From Octopus bimaculoides (Eukaryota): a stretch of 64,000 bases of DNA. Below, in pieces: positions 14,449 to 29,073 of the stretch. The notes beneath the pieces were generated by a model. That model searched no databases and was not told where the DNA came from. It saw only the letters and a program-made list of their open reading frames with translations. Every line of letters starts with the position of its first letter. The first letter of the stretch is position 1. Where the stretch lies: positions 152,617,670-152,681,669 of the forward strand of contig NC_068982.1 of NCBI RefSeq assembly GCF_001194135.2, in the 5' to 3' direction. The translations under genes were made by a program, and so were the position numbers.

Positions 14449-15055
14449 ATGACTGTGAAGTTTGCATTCACGTGGATTCATGTTCAGCCCCACTGCGCTG
14501 CTTCGGGAGCAAGTGTTTTTTACTATAACCTCCAGGTCATCCAAAGCCTTATGAGTGAATTTGGTAGACAGAAACAGTGGAGACCCGGCGAGCTGGCAGA
14601 AACGTTAGTACACCGGGCGAAATGCATTGCGGTATTTCGTCTGCCACTACGTTCTGAGTTCAAATTCCGCTGAGGTCGACTTTTCCTTTCAACCTTTCGG
14701 GGTCGATAAATTAAGTACCAGTTACGCACTGGGGTAGATCTAATCGACTTAATCTCTTTGTCTGTCTTTGTTTGTCGCTTCTGTGTGTAGCCCCTTGTGG
14801 GCAGTAAATAAATAAGAAACAGTGGAGACCCGTTGTATAGATATATACATACACACATACATACATACATACATACATACATACATACATACATACATGC
14901 ATGCATATGTCTGGTTACGTGTGTGTATTTGTGTTTGTGTTTGTCTCCCGCACCATCGCTTGACAACCGTTGTTGGTTTAATCACGTTCCATTCAAGGCC
15001 GTACCCCAGCATGGCCGCTCTTCAATGATTAAATTAAGTAAAAGATCAAAGATTG
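14449..15055 (+). mobile_element. Older CORE-like SINE (family C) interrupted by a family-B SINE
   Basis: Homologous to copies at 45285 and 50554: GCAAGTGT..TACTATA..C, CCAAAGCCTT.TGAGTG.ATTTGGTAGAC, internal microsatellite, CACCATCGCTTGACAACCG, CCCCAGCATGGCC tail. Confidence 0.8.
14587..14814 (+). mobile_element. Family-B SINE (long-tail variant) nested in a family-C SINE
   Basis: GGCGAGCTGGCAGAAACGTTAG head, GAGTTCAAATTCC B box, CCTTTCGGGGTCGATAAATTAAGTACCAG central block. 17-bp TSD AGAAACAGTGGAGACCC at 14570-14586 and 14815-14831. Confidence 0.92.
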
Positions 15056-15733
15056 AAAAATATTAATTTCGTCTCATATTTCTGCTTTGAATCCAAATTA
15101 TGCTAGTATTTTCTCCGCTATTTACGTTTACAGGTTTGGAAAAATAAATATCAAAAATACAGTGAATAAATTGAAAGTGTGAAAAGAGAGGTATTTCAGA
15201 AAAAGTTTCTGACGAAGACTCGCAACGAGAAGTTTTATTTGTTGGAACAATGGAAAGTTACCGAAAATTATTATTATTTTTTTAAATCTCACTATGGTTT
15301 ACAATATAGTTAATCATCGTTTATTGATAAGGATAAAAAAAAAGACACACACAAGCTAACAAATAGTATTAATCTCACAATCTCCCACAGTTTAATAGCA
15401 TTATATTGGGAAATAAACACTTTTTGCGATGTTGAATAGCAAAAAGAATCTCACACGAAATTTATGGCAAGGTTTACCACAAGCTAGTGCTCTCGCTCTA
15501 TTTTTTAATCATCATCTACAAGAATGATCAAGTTGGTATCATTAAATGTTTTATTTGTGCATGCCAATAATTTAAATGCAGCGTAGCTCAGGGGGAAATT
15601 TCAAGACTATGTAAACGACTCTGAATTTCATTTCAAACATATGCTATTTTATAGCGATATTCAATTACTTGGTAATCCTATGAAATCACAGGTGTTTATC
15701 TACATTCTATCTGAGAAACATGACAGCAGCTAG

Positions 15734-15792
<59 letters not shown>

Positions 15793-15853
15793 CATATATA
15801 CGCGCGCACACACACGTATATATATATACACATATATATATATATATATACGC

Positions 15854-15887
<34 letters not shown>

Positions 15888-18334
15888 NNNNNNNNNNNNN
15901 NNNNNNNNNNNNNNNNNNNNNNNNNNNNNNNNNNNNNNNNNNNNNNNNNNNNNNNNNNNNNNNNNNNNNNNNNNNNNNNNNNNNNNNNNNNNNNNNNNNN
16001 NNNNNNNNNNNNNNNNNNNNNNNNNNNNNNNNNNNNNNNNNNNNNNNNNNNNNNNNNNNNNNNNNNNNNNNNNNNNNNNNNNNNNNNNNNNNNNNNNNNN
16101 NNNNNNNNNNNNNNNNNNNNNNNNNNNNNNNNNNNNNNNNNNNNNNNNNNNNNNNNNNNNNNNNNNNNNNNNNNNNNNNNNNNNNNNNNNNNNNNNNNNN
16201 NNNNNNNNNNNNNNNNNNNNNNNNNNNNNTATATATATATATATTCTGATTTGGAATGAAAGTTTAACACTGCTAGCTTAACAAACAGATTCTAGCATCC
16301 AACGTACATTTAAATAACATCAGACCAAATGTAAGTAACAGATACTTATCTAGTAACAAGTAAACAATACTCAAATATTCAGAATCACCGTATTAATTCT
16401 GTGCTACTACGAACAACGAGATTGGCACTTTGCTACTCAGCTGCAAAGTATAGTTGCCTAGATCATTAATTACAATAGCATTGGACACCATTCTCGACTA
16501 GTCATTCCGAGTGGTTCTTAACACATATGAATATAAAAATCGAGCAAATATTTGGTGGTACTATTCTTACTGGATGCAGTTATGGAAACATAGACTGTGA
16601 AATATTCCGCTAGTGTGGGATATGAAGATGAGATGTAATCAAAACGAGGTTCTACATAGAGCTAAGTTTAATGCTTTAATCGACAAAGTGGACCATCTGA
16701 TCTCATCATAGATAACATTTTAGATCATGACGATGCATCTGGTTTGCCCATTATTAGATTCCTTTTGTTGTTTGTTTGATTTATCATTAATGCTAATTAT
16801 TATTATCGCTGCTGTTGTTGTTGTTGCTGTGTTTTTGTATGGATTACTTTGTCAACTGGATTATTTTTTACTAGTGTGTTTGTGTGATCCTTCTACATAG
16901 AAAGGCCAAATATTTTCTCCTTTACTGAGAGAAAATAAACATTACAATTTGAATATATTATTTTGCTGTCGGGAAATTTTTTTATTAAGATGGCATTCAT
17001 TGTGGTGGTACTGGTAGGAACAACATTCTAAAAGGATTTTCGCAGATTAAAAGATATGTCGAAGATGAATGAAATAGGGAATAAAATTGAAAAACGAAGA
17101 TATTGAAAAGAGAAAGAAACTTATTGTTTAAAATAAAAATAGTATCAAAGTGTCTCTTAGTGAGGGTTGGCTTTAGGAAAAAATAAACACGAGAGAAGCA
17201 TGCTATGAGAGATAACTTTCTTAAAAGATAATTTGGTAGTGGCCATGGGTGATGCTCAACCGCAGTAAGCATATGTGAGTGTATGCTGGTTGATCTAAAA
17301 GACCTTGGACGAAAAATACAATAGGGCGAGTGAGTGTAACAAGCATCAGCTCACAGGCTAGTGGCATAATATAAGGAGTGGCAGAGTACGAAGGACACAG
17401 CTAGGGTGTGGGTTATTGGGCATTTAACATGTTTCGGAAAGTTGCTAGCGCAGAAATAAAAAAAGGAATATTTTCTTGTATGCCTTTATGTTGATGACTG
17501 ATGTGTTGTGATGTTCGTTCTTATTGATTAATGTATTTACAAAAGATCATCTTGTTCTTTGCGAAAAACACATAGAGAGTCAATAATTAACTTCAGTTTT
17601 CCGAAGCATTTTGTTGATAAAAGATCAATAAAACCTTAGTTTAAGACACTCTTCAATCATAAATAGCTGTGTTTCTACTAAAATAGTGAATCCCAAAATA
17701 TCTTGCATCAATGAATGCAATGAATTATTGTAAATCTTGATAAATTCAGAACAAATATTGGAAGAAGTTAAATATCGAAAGATCCGGAATTTAGAGTCAT
17801 TATATATTTCTTTTAAATTGGCAATAAAACTGAAGCAAATAGAGAAGAGAAAATCGCTATAGCTAAAAGAGTCTAAGATCTCAGAGAATGATAAAATCTA
17901 CAAAACAAAAAAAGTTTGAAATGTGGGACAGTAACTATACATCTAGTAACGAAAAGAAATGCAATAATAAAGGAAATAAATATTTTAATGAAAAAATTCA
18001 GTACATATTAACATTTTAAGGTTTTGCAAACAAATAGTTACAAATGTGGTGCCAGTTCGAGGTACCTATAGCTTAAGCCTACATGTCGACTTAAATATTC
18101 TGAAGACATTTCGTTAGATTCTAACCATGAGGAAACTCGTCGGATAAATTGTACGTGTTCTCGAATGGTGGAACTAATCTGTAATTAGCTTTAAACGTAC
18201 TACTTCCATCTTAGAGATTTTATCGGAATAAGTTTACGGCATGATGACAGCTCGATGCTATGGGTTGCGATTCTTAAAGCAGCAAAACATGAATCGTGGT
18301 TTCTCCCACACATTGGAAGAGACGAGCGTTACTG

Positions 18335-18410
<76 letters not shown>

Positions 18411-18759
18411 GCATATGTGTTTTGTATATGTATATCTGTCTATCTACATGTACACATACATATGCACACACACGTATTTATTTACGCTCATACAATAGGC
18501 GGCCATACAGCCGTGGCGTGTTAGGGATTCGGTTAGATTGTTTTACCGTTTCGGACATTTCTTCTTTCAAATTTCGCCATAGTCATGTTTGCCTCGTGTT
18601 GATAAATAAAATATTGGACATTTACTGCTTTGTAGTTTTCTCGCCATCCATTTTCGGCTGTGCTAGATATGGATGAGAAAGTGATCCCAAGGACCCAAAG
18701 CAAATCCAATACAATTTTAAATATATATAATTACTATCGGAAAATATGCTTCCCTGCCA

Positions 18760-19200
18760 ACGTCATTTTCGCCTTCCAGCCTTTCCGGGTCTATAAGATA
18801 TAGTGCTAGTCAAGTGCTCAGGTCGAGATAATCAATTAATCACCTCTCTTCAAAATTCTTGGTCTTGTACAAACATTAGAAACATCTTTTTGCATCAGTG
18901 TAGGACAAAATTGTTTGCTGTATTTCTTTCACTCTTTACATTCTGATTTCAAATCCTCACGATGTCAGTTATGCCTTTCATCTCAAACTGAGATGGATGT
19001 AAGCATATAAGTCCCTCTTATAGAAAAGTAATTGCCTTGTACCTGAAGTAGAAACCAGATTAAGGCGATGAATGCCTTAAATATGCCTAGCAGTGTTTCT
19101 TAATGCTTTTTACGTTATCAATTCAAATACCACGAAGGTCAATTCGGCTGCCGATTACATAAAGTACCAGTCATATACTGGAGTTACTGACATCGATTAC
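18760..19200 (+). mobile_element. Cluster of strongly decayed family-B-like SINE remnants
   Basis: GCCTTCCAGCCTTTCCGGGTCTATAAG, GATTTCAAATCC..GCCTTTCATC and TAAAGTACCAGTCATATACTGG fragments. Confidence 0.5.
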
Positions 19201-19614
19201 ACCCTCCCGTTTATACTGTTTGCTATGTGTTGAAATTAGGTACAAATATAAGTGTTAAAATAATCTTAGCAATTTGAGTTTTTACTCTAAGTGGTCTATC
19301 GAAGTGCCTATAGATACACGACAGAGGTGCTGTATATCTTTATAAAAATTGATATTACTGTTGGAATGTTTTTAATCCTAATTCTATTCCAATTTAAGCT
19401 GATGCTAAACGAAAAAAGCAGGAGAAGCAACGACGAAAACAAAAATAAATGACATGTAAATCAGAGTTCATCACAGTACTTCTTTGAAAGTGTTGCCTTT
19501 TAAATTTGACCCTATCACCACAAAGATTTTTAACTTCGTTTACTTTAATTTAATCCATGCATTCTACTATAAGATGCTTCCACAAATCTTTCATTCTCTA
19601 TCCCTCTTTCTCTG

Positions 19615-20065
<451 letters not shown>

Positions 20066-20994
20066 ACTTGTTTATATTGGGAACTATTGAATTTTAAAAG
20101 AAGAAACGCGGGTAAGTATTTCTGGGCAATTTCTGTGGTAATAGCCGTTTTAGAGATATTCAGTTATTAGAACGGCTATTTTCACTAGCTTGCTGATAGT
20201 AATAAAATATCAAAGAGAATAAAGAGTTCTGCTGATGTCAAAATTCTACAAATGGGCTTATGTAGCATACACTTGTGGCCTGATGAAAACAACCTGCTGG
20301 AATGTTTCAAGCACTTCTGTATCAAATATCCAATACATTACAAAGTGATCGCGGATTGGGAATTATAACGAGGCAATTACGTAACATTTCATGTGTATAT
20401 TGCTAAAATGGCAACATTTAGAACAATATAATAAGAAGTAATATTATTCTTCTGGAAGACGCTCATTCAGTCGGCAGAATTAATCCTCCAGTTATGATGC
20501 ATTCAGAGAATCATGTTCAATACTTAACTGCAAGCAATAAACTGGTGCAACACAAAAGATTGATCCTGTGCTGAAGCTGCCCTTCGCGAAGTTAGTAGAA
20601 TGCTCTAATTCTCTAATCTTTGATACAAAGAAGAAAAAGAAACACAGTAATTTACACTGGAAAAAATCTTGGTGAGGATGCTAGAAACCTTGGCATTGAA
20701 AATGATGCTGGTCTTCGAATTGAGAAAAATATACAAATGAAGAGTGCATCAAAAATTCTCATTTAGTAAATTGTATGAACGGGATAAAAGCTACTTCAGC
20801 ATTTATGGCGGTGAACTAACTTGACTACACCTCAATGGCTTAACATAATAATTGCTATCAACTCGAATAAGTGCAGGAATACGATATGGAACACGAAATG
20901 CATGCGCATATATATATGCGTGTATGTACGTATATGTGATTCTTTCTGCGTGTGCGTTTGTGTGAGAGCGTGAGTGTGTAGTGTGCGTATGTGT

Positions 20995-21035
<41 letters not shown>

Positions 21036-21528
21036 CGTGTGTGTGTGTGAGAGAGTGTTAGTGTGTGTATATAAATGAATGTCTGTTACAATTTTCGATC
21101 AAGAATTTTCCTTAATTGACCAACTGAACTACATTGACGTTAAATTGGCGTACAAGCGACTGAGGTAGCTACATGTACCCTAAACATAATCCTGAAGTAG
21201 AGTTATTGTGACAACGGTGGATGTTTGATTTAGTGTTACAATCTCGCAGGTGAGCACCCACAGGGACTATGTCGACCCAAATACACACAGAGGCATATAT
21301 ATATATATATGCATGCAGGCTCACACATTTGTATATGTACATCCTTTGTGTGTGTGTGTGTGTNNNNNNNNNNNNNNNNNNNNNNNNNNNNNNNNNNNNN
21401 NNNNNNNNNNNNNNNNNNNNNNNNNNNNNNNNNNNNNNNNNNNNNNNNNNNNNNNNNNNNNNNNNNNNNNNNNNNNNNNNNNNNNNNNNNNNNNNNNNNN
21501 NNNNNNNNNNNNNNNNNNNNNNNNNNNN

Positions 21529-21562
<34 letters not shown>

Positions 21563-22295
21563 AGTGTATATATATATATATTAACGGCCGTAATGCAGTG
21601 ATACCTGGATATCCTTGTCGCTTATTTGCTATATATATATATATATATATATGCATGCAGGCTCACACATTTGTATATGTACATCCTTTGTGTGTGTGTG
21701 TGTGTGTATGTGTGTAACTATCATCAGCAACTGTGTACCTTCTTCATGCATCTACTCCCTGATTACTCATAAACCCAAAATGCGTTCACATTGTGGCCAT
21801 TAATAAATGAAACAACGTATATTTTATTAATTTATTACTTAATTTACAATAATAAAGTGAACAAGTGAACAGCAGTTAGTGCGTGTTTTTACTGGCAGAA
21901 TAAATCTCTCTAGATACAATTAGGCACCATATATGTTCTCTATGATAAGGCTAGTATTTGCTTCTATAAATATGAAACAATTTCATTCATAGCAGTTAAA
22001 TCTTTTTACTATATTTTGTTTGTTTAAATCATTGGTAAACTCCTAACAAATGTATAAGAAACCTGCGACTCATTCGGGCACCGATGCTAAACCCAGCCCC
22101 AAAACCACATAGGAAGATAATTTCTTAAACACACTAACATACCTCTATATTTAGTTGCATTATACTTTACTGTATGACACTTGTTTGTATACTTATCATT
22201 CTTTTCTGGTTCTGAACTTTTCCAGTCTGTACGTTTATACGAGATATTTTACTATATTATAGACGTAATTTGAAATTGACTCACTACATACATAC

Positions 22296-22529
22296 AAATA
22301 AAATAAATGCGCCCTTTTAAAGCCTAGCCAGGCTCATGGGCCCGGTTTCCGGGTTTCAATGGCGAATGTGTTCCCCAGCGTTACTCATTTTTGTCAGCTG
22401 AGTGGACTGGAGCAACGTGAAATGAAGTGTTTTGCTCAAGAACACAACGCGTCGCCCGGTCCAGGAATCGAAACCATAATCTTATAATCATGATGCTGAC
22501 ACCCTAGCCACTAAGCCACACGCCTCCAC
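22296..22529 (-). mobile_element. tRNA-derived CORE-like SINE (family D) inserted in a (TACA)n tract
   Basis: Minus-strand head GTGGAGGCGTGTGGCTTAGTGG...GGTTTCGATTCC followed by GTGTTCTTGAGCAAAACACTTCATTTCACGTTGCTCCAGTCCACTCAGCTG (CORE-like block). Confidence 0.85.
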
Positions 22530-22550
22530 ATACATACGTACATACATACA

Positions 22551-22581
<31 letters not shown>

Positions 22582-22860
22582 GTTAGTGTGTTTAAGCAAT
22601 ATATATATACACACTATAATGGAGAAAGCTGCTTATTAATTTAGTATGTAACAATTACTAAAAGTACTAAAAGAGAGCAATTATTAAAGGGTTGACCGTC
22701 TGGAAATATTTTTATAATTACATGTTCTAAGAAATTTCCTATATTTATCAAGTTTGTTGAATTTTCTAAACTCCGATTTCTCGCAAATTTAAATATTCAC
22801 GTGCGTGCATGCGTGCGTGTGTGCGCGCGCGCGCGCGTGTGTGCGTGTGTGTGTGCGGTG

Positions 22861-22912
22861 TTCACTGACAAAACTTCGTGCTGCAAGGCTTTTGTGAAGT
22901 TTTGTCAGTGAA
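22861..22912. repeat. Perfect 17-bp inverted repeat with 18-nt spacer
   Basis: TTCACTGACAAAACTTC (22861-22877) and GAAGTTTTGTCAGTGAA (22896-22912). Confidence 0.9.
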
Positions 22913-23744
22913 TAGGTTGCGGTTTGAAAGCGACGAAAATATTTTGACACGAATGAAACTTTAACGATGAAGTGAAACTAACGGTATTTGTGTGTTCTTG
23001 AATGGTTTACGAACATCTTCCACGTTGCAATTGTTTTTGTTTCACCACACGATCTCAGATCAAGTCACTTGCTATGCAAGTACATCTCCGTAATTTTTAA
23101 AAATCACTGTGGATAAATGAACTTCTCAGGTCCTCCAGTATTTTATTTTCTAAACAGAAACAATCGGGGCAGAGAGTAGGTTGCAAAAAATTCATAATTT
23201 CTCAGATTTTCTTTTTTATAGCATATAAATGTATTTATGGGGGGAAATATTGAAAAAAACATTAATACATGCAAGAATGATAAAGAAACGAGGAGGGTTG
23301 TCTTTGGACGTGCTAGAAACAACAGCCAAATCGCTCTTAAATCACTTTTCCCTCTGAAAATATTAATAATTAAAAGAAAATCTTTTTACCGAAAATGCTC
23401 TTCCCATGGTATTGAAGTGCAAAAGAAATTGACCCAAAAATTTGGTCGGNNNNNNNNNNTAAAAGATACCCATCATCCTGAAAGTTATGAGGGAAAAAAG
23501 TTAGATCGTGTGAATTTTCTGAAACTCTTCTCTTTACCCCATCGCAAAAAGGCTTTCCCATAAATCCCTATATACTCTGAAGCCAAAACATCTAAGCGGT
23601 ATTTGCGGCAAATTTTGTTAAAAAGTATCCATTTTTCTGGATGTTATGAGGCAACAAAGTTGGGAGCGTATGCTTCTGCAGTAATACCTTTTCATTTATA
23701 CCATTTTTTCATTTCGTGTTTATTTCATTCATTGTTTGCAATGT

Positions 23745-23816
23745 TCTCTCTCTCTCTCTGTCTCTCTCTCTCTGTCTCTCTCTCTCTGTCTCTCTCTCTC
23801 TGTCTCTCTCTCTCTG

Positions 23817-23862
<46 letters not shown>
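23745..23862. repeat. (TC)n/(TCTG) homopyrimidine tract
   Basis: Seen directly. Confidence 0.95.
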
Positions 23863-23865
<3 letters not shown>

Positions 23866-24170
23866 TACACACACATACTGCAAAGCTTACAGATGGATTG
23901 CCGAACTGAAGTCTCTATGTTGCTTTGAGGGGAAGGTAAAACTTGACAACCTGCTTCTCCCTCTGTTGTTGGACAACCGTGATGTTTGTTTACGAAAGAG
24001 AGATTATGACTGTGATAAAATAATGAAAGCAATATTTACTAAGCATGTAAGCACTATTATACAAAGAAATGATTAGACATAAAATATAAAAATTATTAGA
24101 AATGAGAATCAAATGTGAATAAATTATCAAGGGGCTAGGAGAAAACCACCCGGGGCAGTCTTTTTGCTAG

Positions 24171-24220
<50 letters not shown>

Positions 24221-25128
24221 CATATATATATGTATATATATGTATTTGAAATAGCATATTCGAATTTGAAATATGAAACCTCAGTCTTAATATGGACTGA
24301 ATTTACCATAAATGATTAAACTTATGAATGTCTAATTTCAGTGTCGAATGACTTAGACTAGAATGCTAAAGTAACCAACTATGGGTTTGAGAAATAAAAG
24401 AACATGTGTAAAGAAAAAACGTTGTTTGAATATAATAACTAAATCGAACCAGTAAATCACTTTTCTTAACCCACAATATTTAATTCATGTTAAATTTATA
24501 ATCACTTTGTGGTGGCGTTGGTAATTACTTTGCTGGCATATGTGGTGACTCTCCTAAGAGACATTTAAGGTGTTAAGTGTATCTTTATTGGAGATTTTCC
24601 CCACTTAAAAACACTATTCATCAAAGTAATACCCATTCCCAGGAGGTAGCTACAAGTTGTACATAAAACGCACCTACTACATGCAGCTATAAACTTTTAG
24701 TGGTACATTGTATTGACTTGGTCCCAATATAAACCACCAGAAAATAACGAGTTATCTATATTTGCTATACTGAAAGACAGCCATGAACTCTGTTCTGCAT
24801 TTCGGAATTTTGACGGTGTTATGCCCGTGTAGACGACTACACATTGACTATAAGACGCTATGAATTCATAAACCCATATTATGCACGTTCACATAACGCA
24901 TAATTTCCACTCGTTAGTTATGCGTGAAAAAATGCACATATTTATTTGTTCACTGTTTGAAAACGTTCCAGAGAAACTTAAACTGTTAACATAAGCATGA
25001 TCAATGTAAAAGCCTACATTGGGAGGTTCCCGTTCCTATTCTGTATTTCATCCTATTTCGTTTTAATAGTATTAGAGAATTTGCCTGCGATAATATAAGT
25101 GTATTTTCTTCTATTCATGATTAGTAAC

Positions 25129-25177
<49 letters not shown>

Positions 25178-25179
<2 letters not shown>

Positions 25180-27053
25180 GAGGCACACCTCACCCTGCAC
25201 CGTTAATTGGTTCCAGGAGACACGACTTAAGTCAAAAAACGACTTTAGTCGAATTAAATTGCCTCTAGGCTAAACCAACAATAACCATTCCCAATTCTGT
25301 ACTTTATTTATGAATGCATTTTCAATAATACATGGTTAATAAAAACCTATTTTAAGCTTACAAACATATAATTTTTTATTTTTTAATACAGTACAGTAAA
25401 AAAAAGTAATTAAATTTACGAATACAATTTGGCGGTGTTTACCGCACAGCGAGGACACTTTATTTATGAATGCGGCTTGCAATAAGACATAATAAAATAA
25501 AAGCCCTTTTAAAGATTAAAAAACAAATTCAGTAATTATTATTATTTTGCAATAGTAAAAAAGCGAAATTATTTTAAATTTACCAATACGTACATACAAT
25601 TTCGTGGTTTACATCGCAGATGTAAATGGCTGTGGATCGTCAACATCAACAGCTGACTCTGGCTGTTCTTGTTATTCGATGCACTTAAAAAAACGGTTGA
25701 GAGTTCTTTGAATTGTCTTCTTCTTTTTCTCGGGAATTACATTATAAGGAGCAAAAGCTTCGTGACAAACCCCCCATAATCTTGGAAAAACGAGCATTTG
25801 GATCCATATCCTCGAACATAGAAAGACCTTTTTTCGATAAATGCAAATGCTTGCTGCATTTTCTTAATGGTAAAATTACGTGGCTCGGATTCGACTTCCT
25901 TTTCTTCTTTATTTTGCTGCTCGTGAAGCTCTATCAAATCCTCGTTCTTCAGGGGCTGCTTGTCTTTTTCAAATAAATCTGTGAAATCATCCTCCATTTC
26001 CAGCTCTTTGCTCGTAGTCACTAAAGTTTTGTTGATGGCAACATTATCAAACCCCTTAATTGCGTGCATAGCTTTTTCCGTACATTATTTTTAGCCGTGC
26101 TCTGTACATCATTCCATGCCGCTGCTATGTTCTGTACAGCCTTGCAGATACCGTATCTCTTCCAAAACTCACGAAGTTTGATGGACTCATCAAGATCAGT
26201 TGCAGCTATTGCTTGCCGCAGCGTACGCTTTATATAGTAACTCTTGAAGATAGCAATTATTCCCTGATCCATTGGCTGCAGAAGAGACGTGGTGTTCGGA
26301 GGGAGGCGTACGACAGTAACGTTGGGGCCAAATTCTATGATGTTTTGCGGGTAGCCAGGAGTATTATCTAAGATAAGTAAAACCTTAAAAGGAATCCCCT
26401 TCTCCTTGCAGTACTTCTCTGCTTTGAGCTCTGCATCTTTCTCATTGGATATTTTTTCTTCAGATCCTCCAAAACAACGCTTTCTCTTGAATGATTTTTC
26501 AACTAACAGTAGCACGCTGACAATACAACCTAACAATCCAATAGAAAGAAAACTTTCCATTCCTTCAAAGATTTTGCCTCTTTTCTTATTAATGAAAGTG
26601 TTATTTATCTCTGGGGTTTCAGATTTGATATGTGCTAAAATATTGTCCTTGTTTTGTACAATGGTCGATACAGTTGTCCGACTCATCCCAAAAGATCGTG
26701 CAATTGCTACCACTTTTCCACCTTTTTCATGGCGTTCTATCATAGCCAGTTTATCTTCCAGCGTTATAGCAAGGTGATTAGCAGTTTCACTATGAATTTT
26801 CTTAGGAGCCATGGTGGTAAAAAATAATGTCACAAATGAATGAGAATGAGGAAGTAGCCAATAAACAGACGTAAACAAATCTGTATTCAAAACAATCGCA
26901 GGAATCACGAGTGACAACAACGTCTAATAGTAGTTAGTGGAACAACAGTGTAATATGAGCTCCGAAAGATCGATAAATAAGACAACACAGCTGATTTCAT
27001 GATTTCGTTTACTAAGCCACACTGCTTTATGGTGCGTATCTTAACATTTACTG
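25178..27053 (-). mobile_element. Tigger/pogo-family DNA transposon, internally deleted; ends approximate
   Basis: Transposase remnant inside. Both ends start with CAG (25178 on +; 27053 on -, followed by TA), but TIR similarity is weak. Confidence 0.7.
25672..26812 (-). pseudogene. Tigger/TIGD-like transposase pseudogene
   Basis: MAPKK...ITLEDKLAMIERHEKGGKVVAIARSFGMSRTTVSTI (CENP-B-type N-terminal HTH); KGIPFKVLLILDNTPGY...LPPNTTSLLQPMDQGIIAIFKSYY (DDE_1); acidic C-terminal segment in ORF 25737-26069. Most of the second HTH and the DETG motif are missing. Confidence 0.9.
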
Positions 27054-27386
27054 TACGTATTTTGATATGATTTTATGATTTTATTCTTATGTATTGTACA
27101 GATTTTATGTGCTCTTAACGGTTTTCTAGTGATTTTACGATTCCAATATTTGTGGCGGTCAGACGTAAAGTCATGTAAAATGACTTAACTTGATTTTTAT
27201 TTTTCCATATATTATTTTTGAAAATCGACGTATANNNNNNNNNNNNNNNNNNNNNNNNNNNNNNNNNNNNNNNNNNNNNNNNNNNNNNNNNNNNNNNNNN
27301 NNNNNNNNNNNNNNNNNNNNNNNNNNNNNNNNNNNNNNNNNNNNNNNNNNNNNNNNNNNNNNNNNNNNNNNNNNNNNNNNNNNNNN

Positions 27387-27439
<53 letters not shown>

Positions 27440-28923
27440 TGTACATATATATGTGAGTATATGTATATGTGTCCGAGAGCTTGTGTACATGCATGTGTAT
27501 GCATGTGTGTGTTTGCGAGTATATTTTTCTGCATATATGTATGAATGAACAACGGGTTTTTGAAATTGTTTACCCGTGTATCCTTTCTAGGACTTAAATG
27601 CTCCATCTTCCATGTCTATGTAACATCTAGATTATGCTGGTAAACAATTTTCAGTTACTAATATTAATATTAAATTAGCAAGTATGAAGTTATTTCCAAT
27701 TCTATACAACAAAATTCCGGGGACGTGATACAGAGTAACCACATCTGTACTGTGGCGCTGAGAATTGTGTTACAAATACAGCCTAGTTTGACGATATTAA
27801 TAAATAATGAATCTAGAAATAAATAAAATGTATACAGATAATGTTCTCATATATCAATTAAGTTTGTTAGATTGAAGCTATTCGACTTAGTTCCAAATTT
27901 CACCTCAATATAGCTACGGTATTTATATTCTAGCTTTCCGTTTAAATTATATTTTAACACACTAAATCATATCCATAATTATTAATGGTAGTTCAGTTAG
28001 GTGTGATTACTTTTTTTTTAGTCTGAAACAATATATACTTTTAAAAGTTATAGTTATAATGGTAATATGAGTGGCTTTGTTGCAAGTTAAAGTTTATCGA
28101 AAGAAACTACTGATTTGTATTGTACTAGGTGCATTAAAACAAATACCATTAGGTATATTAAAATGCGATTAGGTAGTGTACTAAGCAAAAACGCGTGTCT
28201 GTATTTGGTGTCAGGTGCTGCAATGTATAAACTATAAAGGAACCAAAGTAATGAGTTTGAAATATTAAATGATTAATGCAGAAAATAAATATAATTCTTG
28301 AAAGCGTCCTATGGAGAATAACTGTATCTACTTTAAGATTAAATACTGAACATAGAAAACTATTCAAAACATTAACTAAGATCTATACAAAGAAAATAGC
28401 TCTATTTAATTTTCTCTATCTCCACGTCTATATACTCTTTAGGCTGTCTTCATGTGTTTCATATAATGTTCTCTCTCTCTTTGCATCTTTATAAAGAAAA
28501 TGAATCGTCCTACAATTACCTACAATGAGTAGGTAGTTCAATTTCAATCAGTTGATCTACTTACTCATTGTATACGTTTTTAAATGGCTGAGTATTCCAT
28601 AATCACGTACATCATCGACGTAATCTTTAGACAAAATCGGTGTGATACAGAGTGTGATAAAGCTGGTATTTTGTATTACAAGTACAGTCCTAGAGTTTCC
28701 GTTTTGTCAATTGTCAGTTTCAGTCAAAAGTCTTGGAGTGATCTGATGCTATAATAGAAGACGTTTACCCAAAATGTCATAGAGCGAAATCAGAAAAGGC
28801 CCCTTGATTGCTAAGCGATTTACTTCTAACTCACCTATACCCAAGTCTCTGTATACTGTGCATGGAGTGAAGTCTATGTATATCATTGTTATATGTATAT
28901 ATTACTATATACATACATACATG

Positions 28924-29030
<107 letters not shown>

Positions 29031-29073
29031 GTACATATATATATGTATATATATATAAATATAAATATATATA

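Noticed and set aside
21300-21710. Repeated ATGCATGCAGGCTCACACATTTGTATATGTACATCC block
   Set aside because: Lies either side of a gap and between microsatellites; probably an assembly artefact and not resolvable here.
24130-24172. Possible Helitron 3' end (GC patch then CTAG-T)
   Set aside because: The hairpin is very weak and no 5' TC end or helicase is linked; only suggestive.
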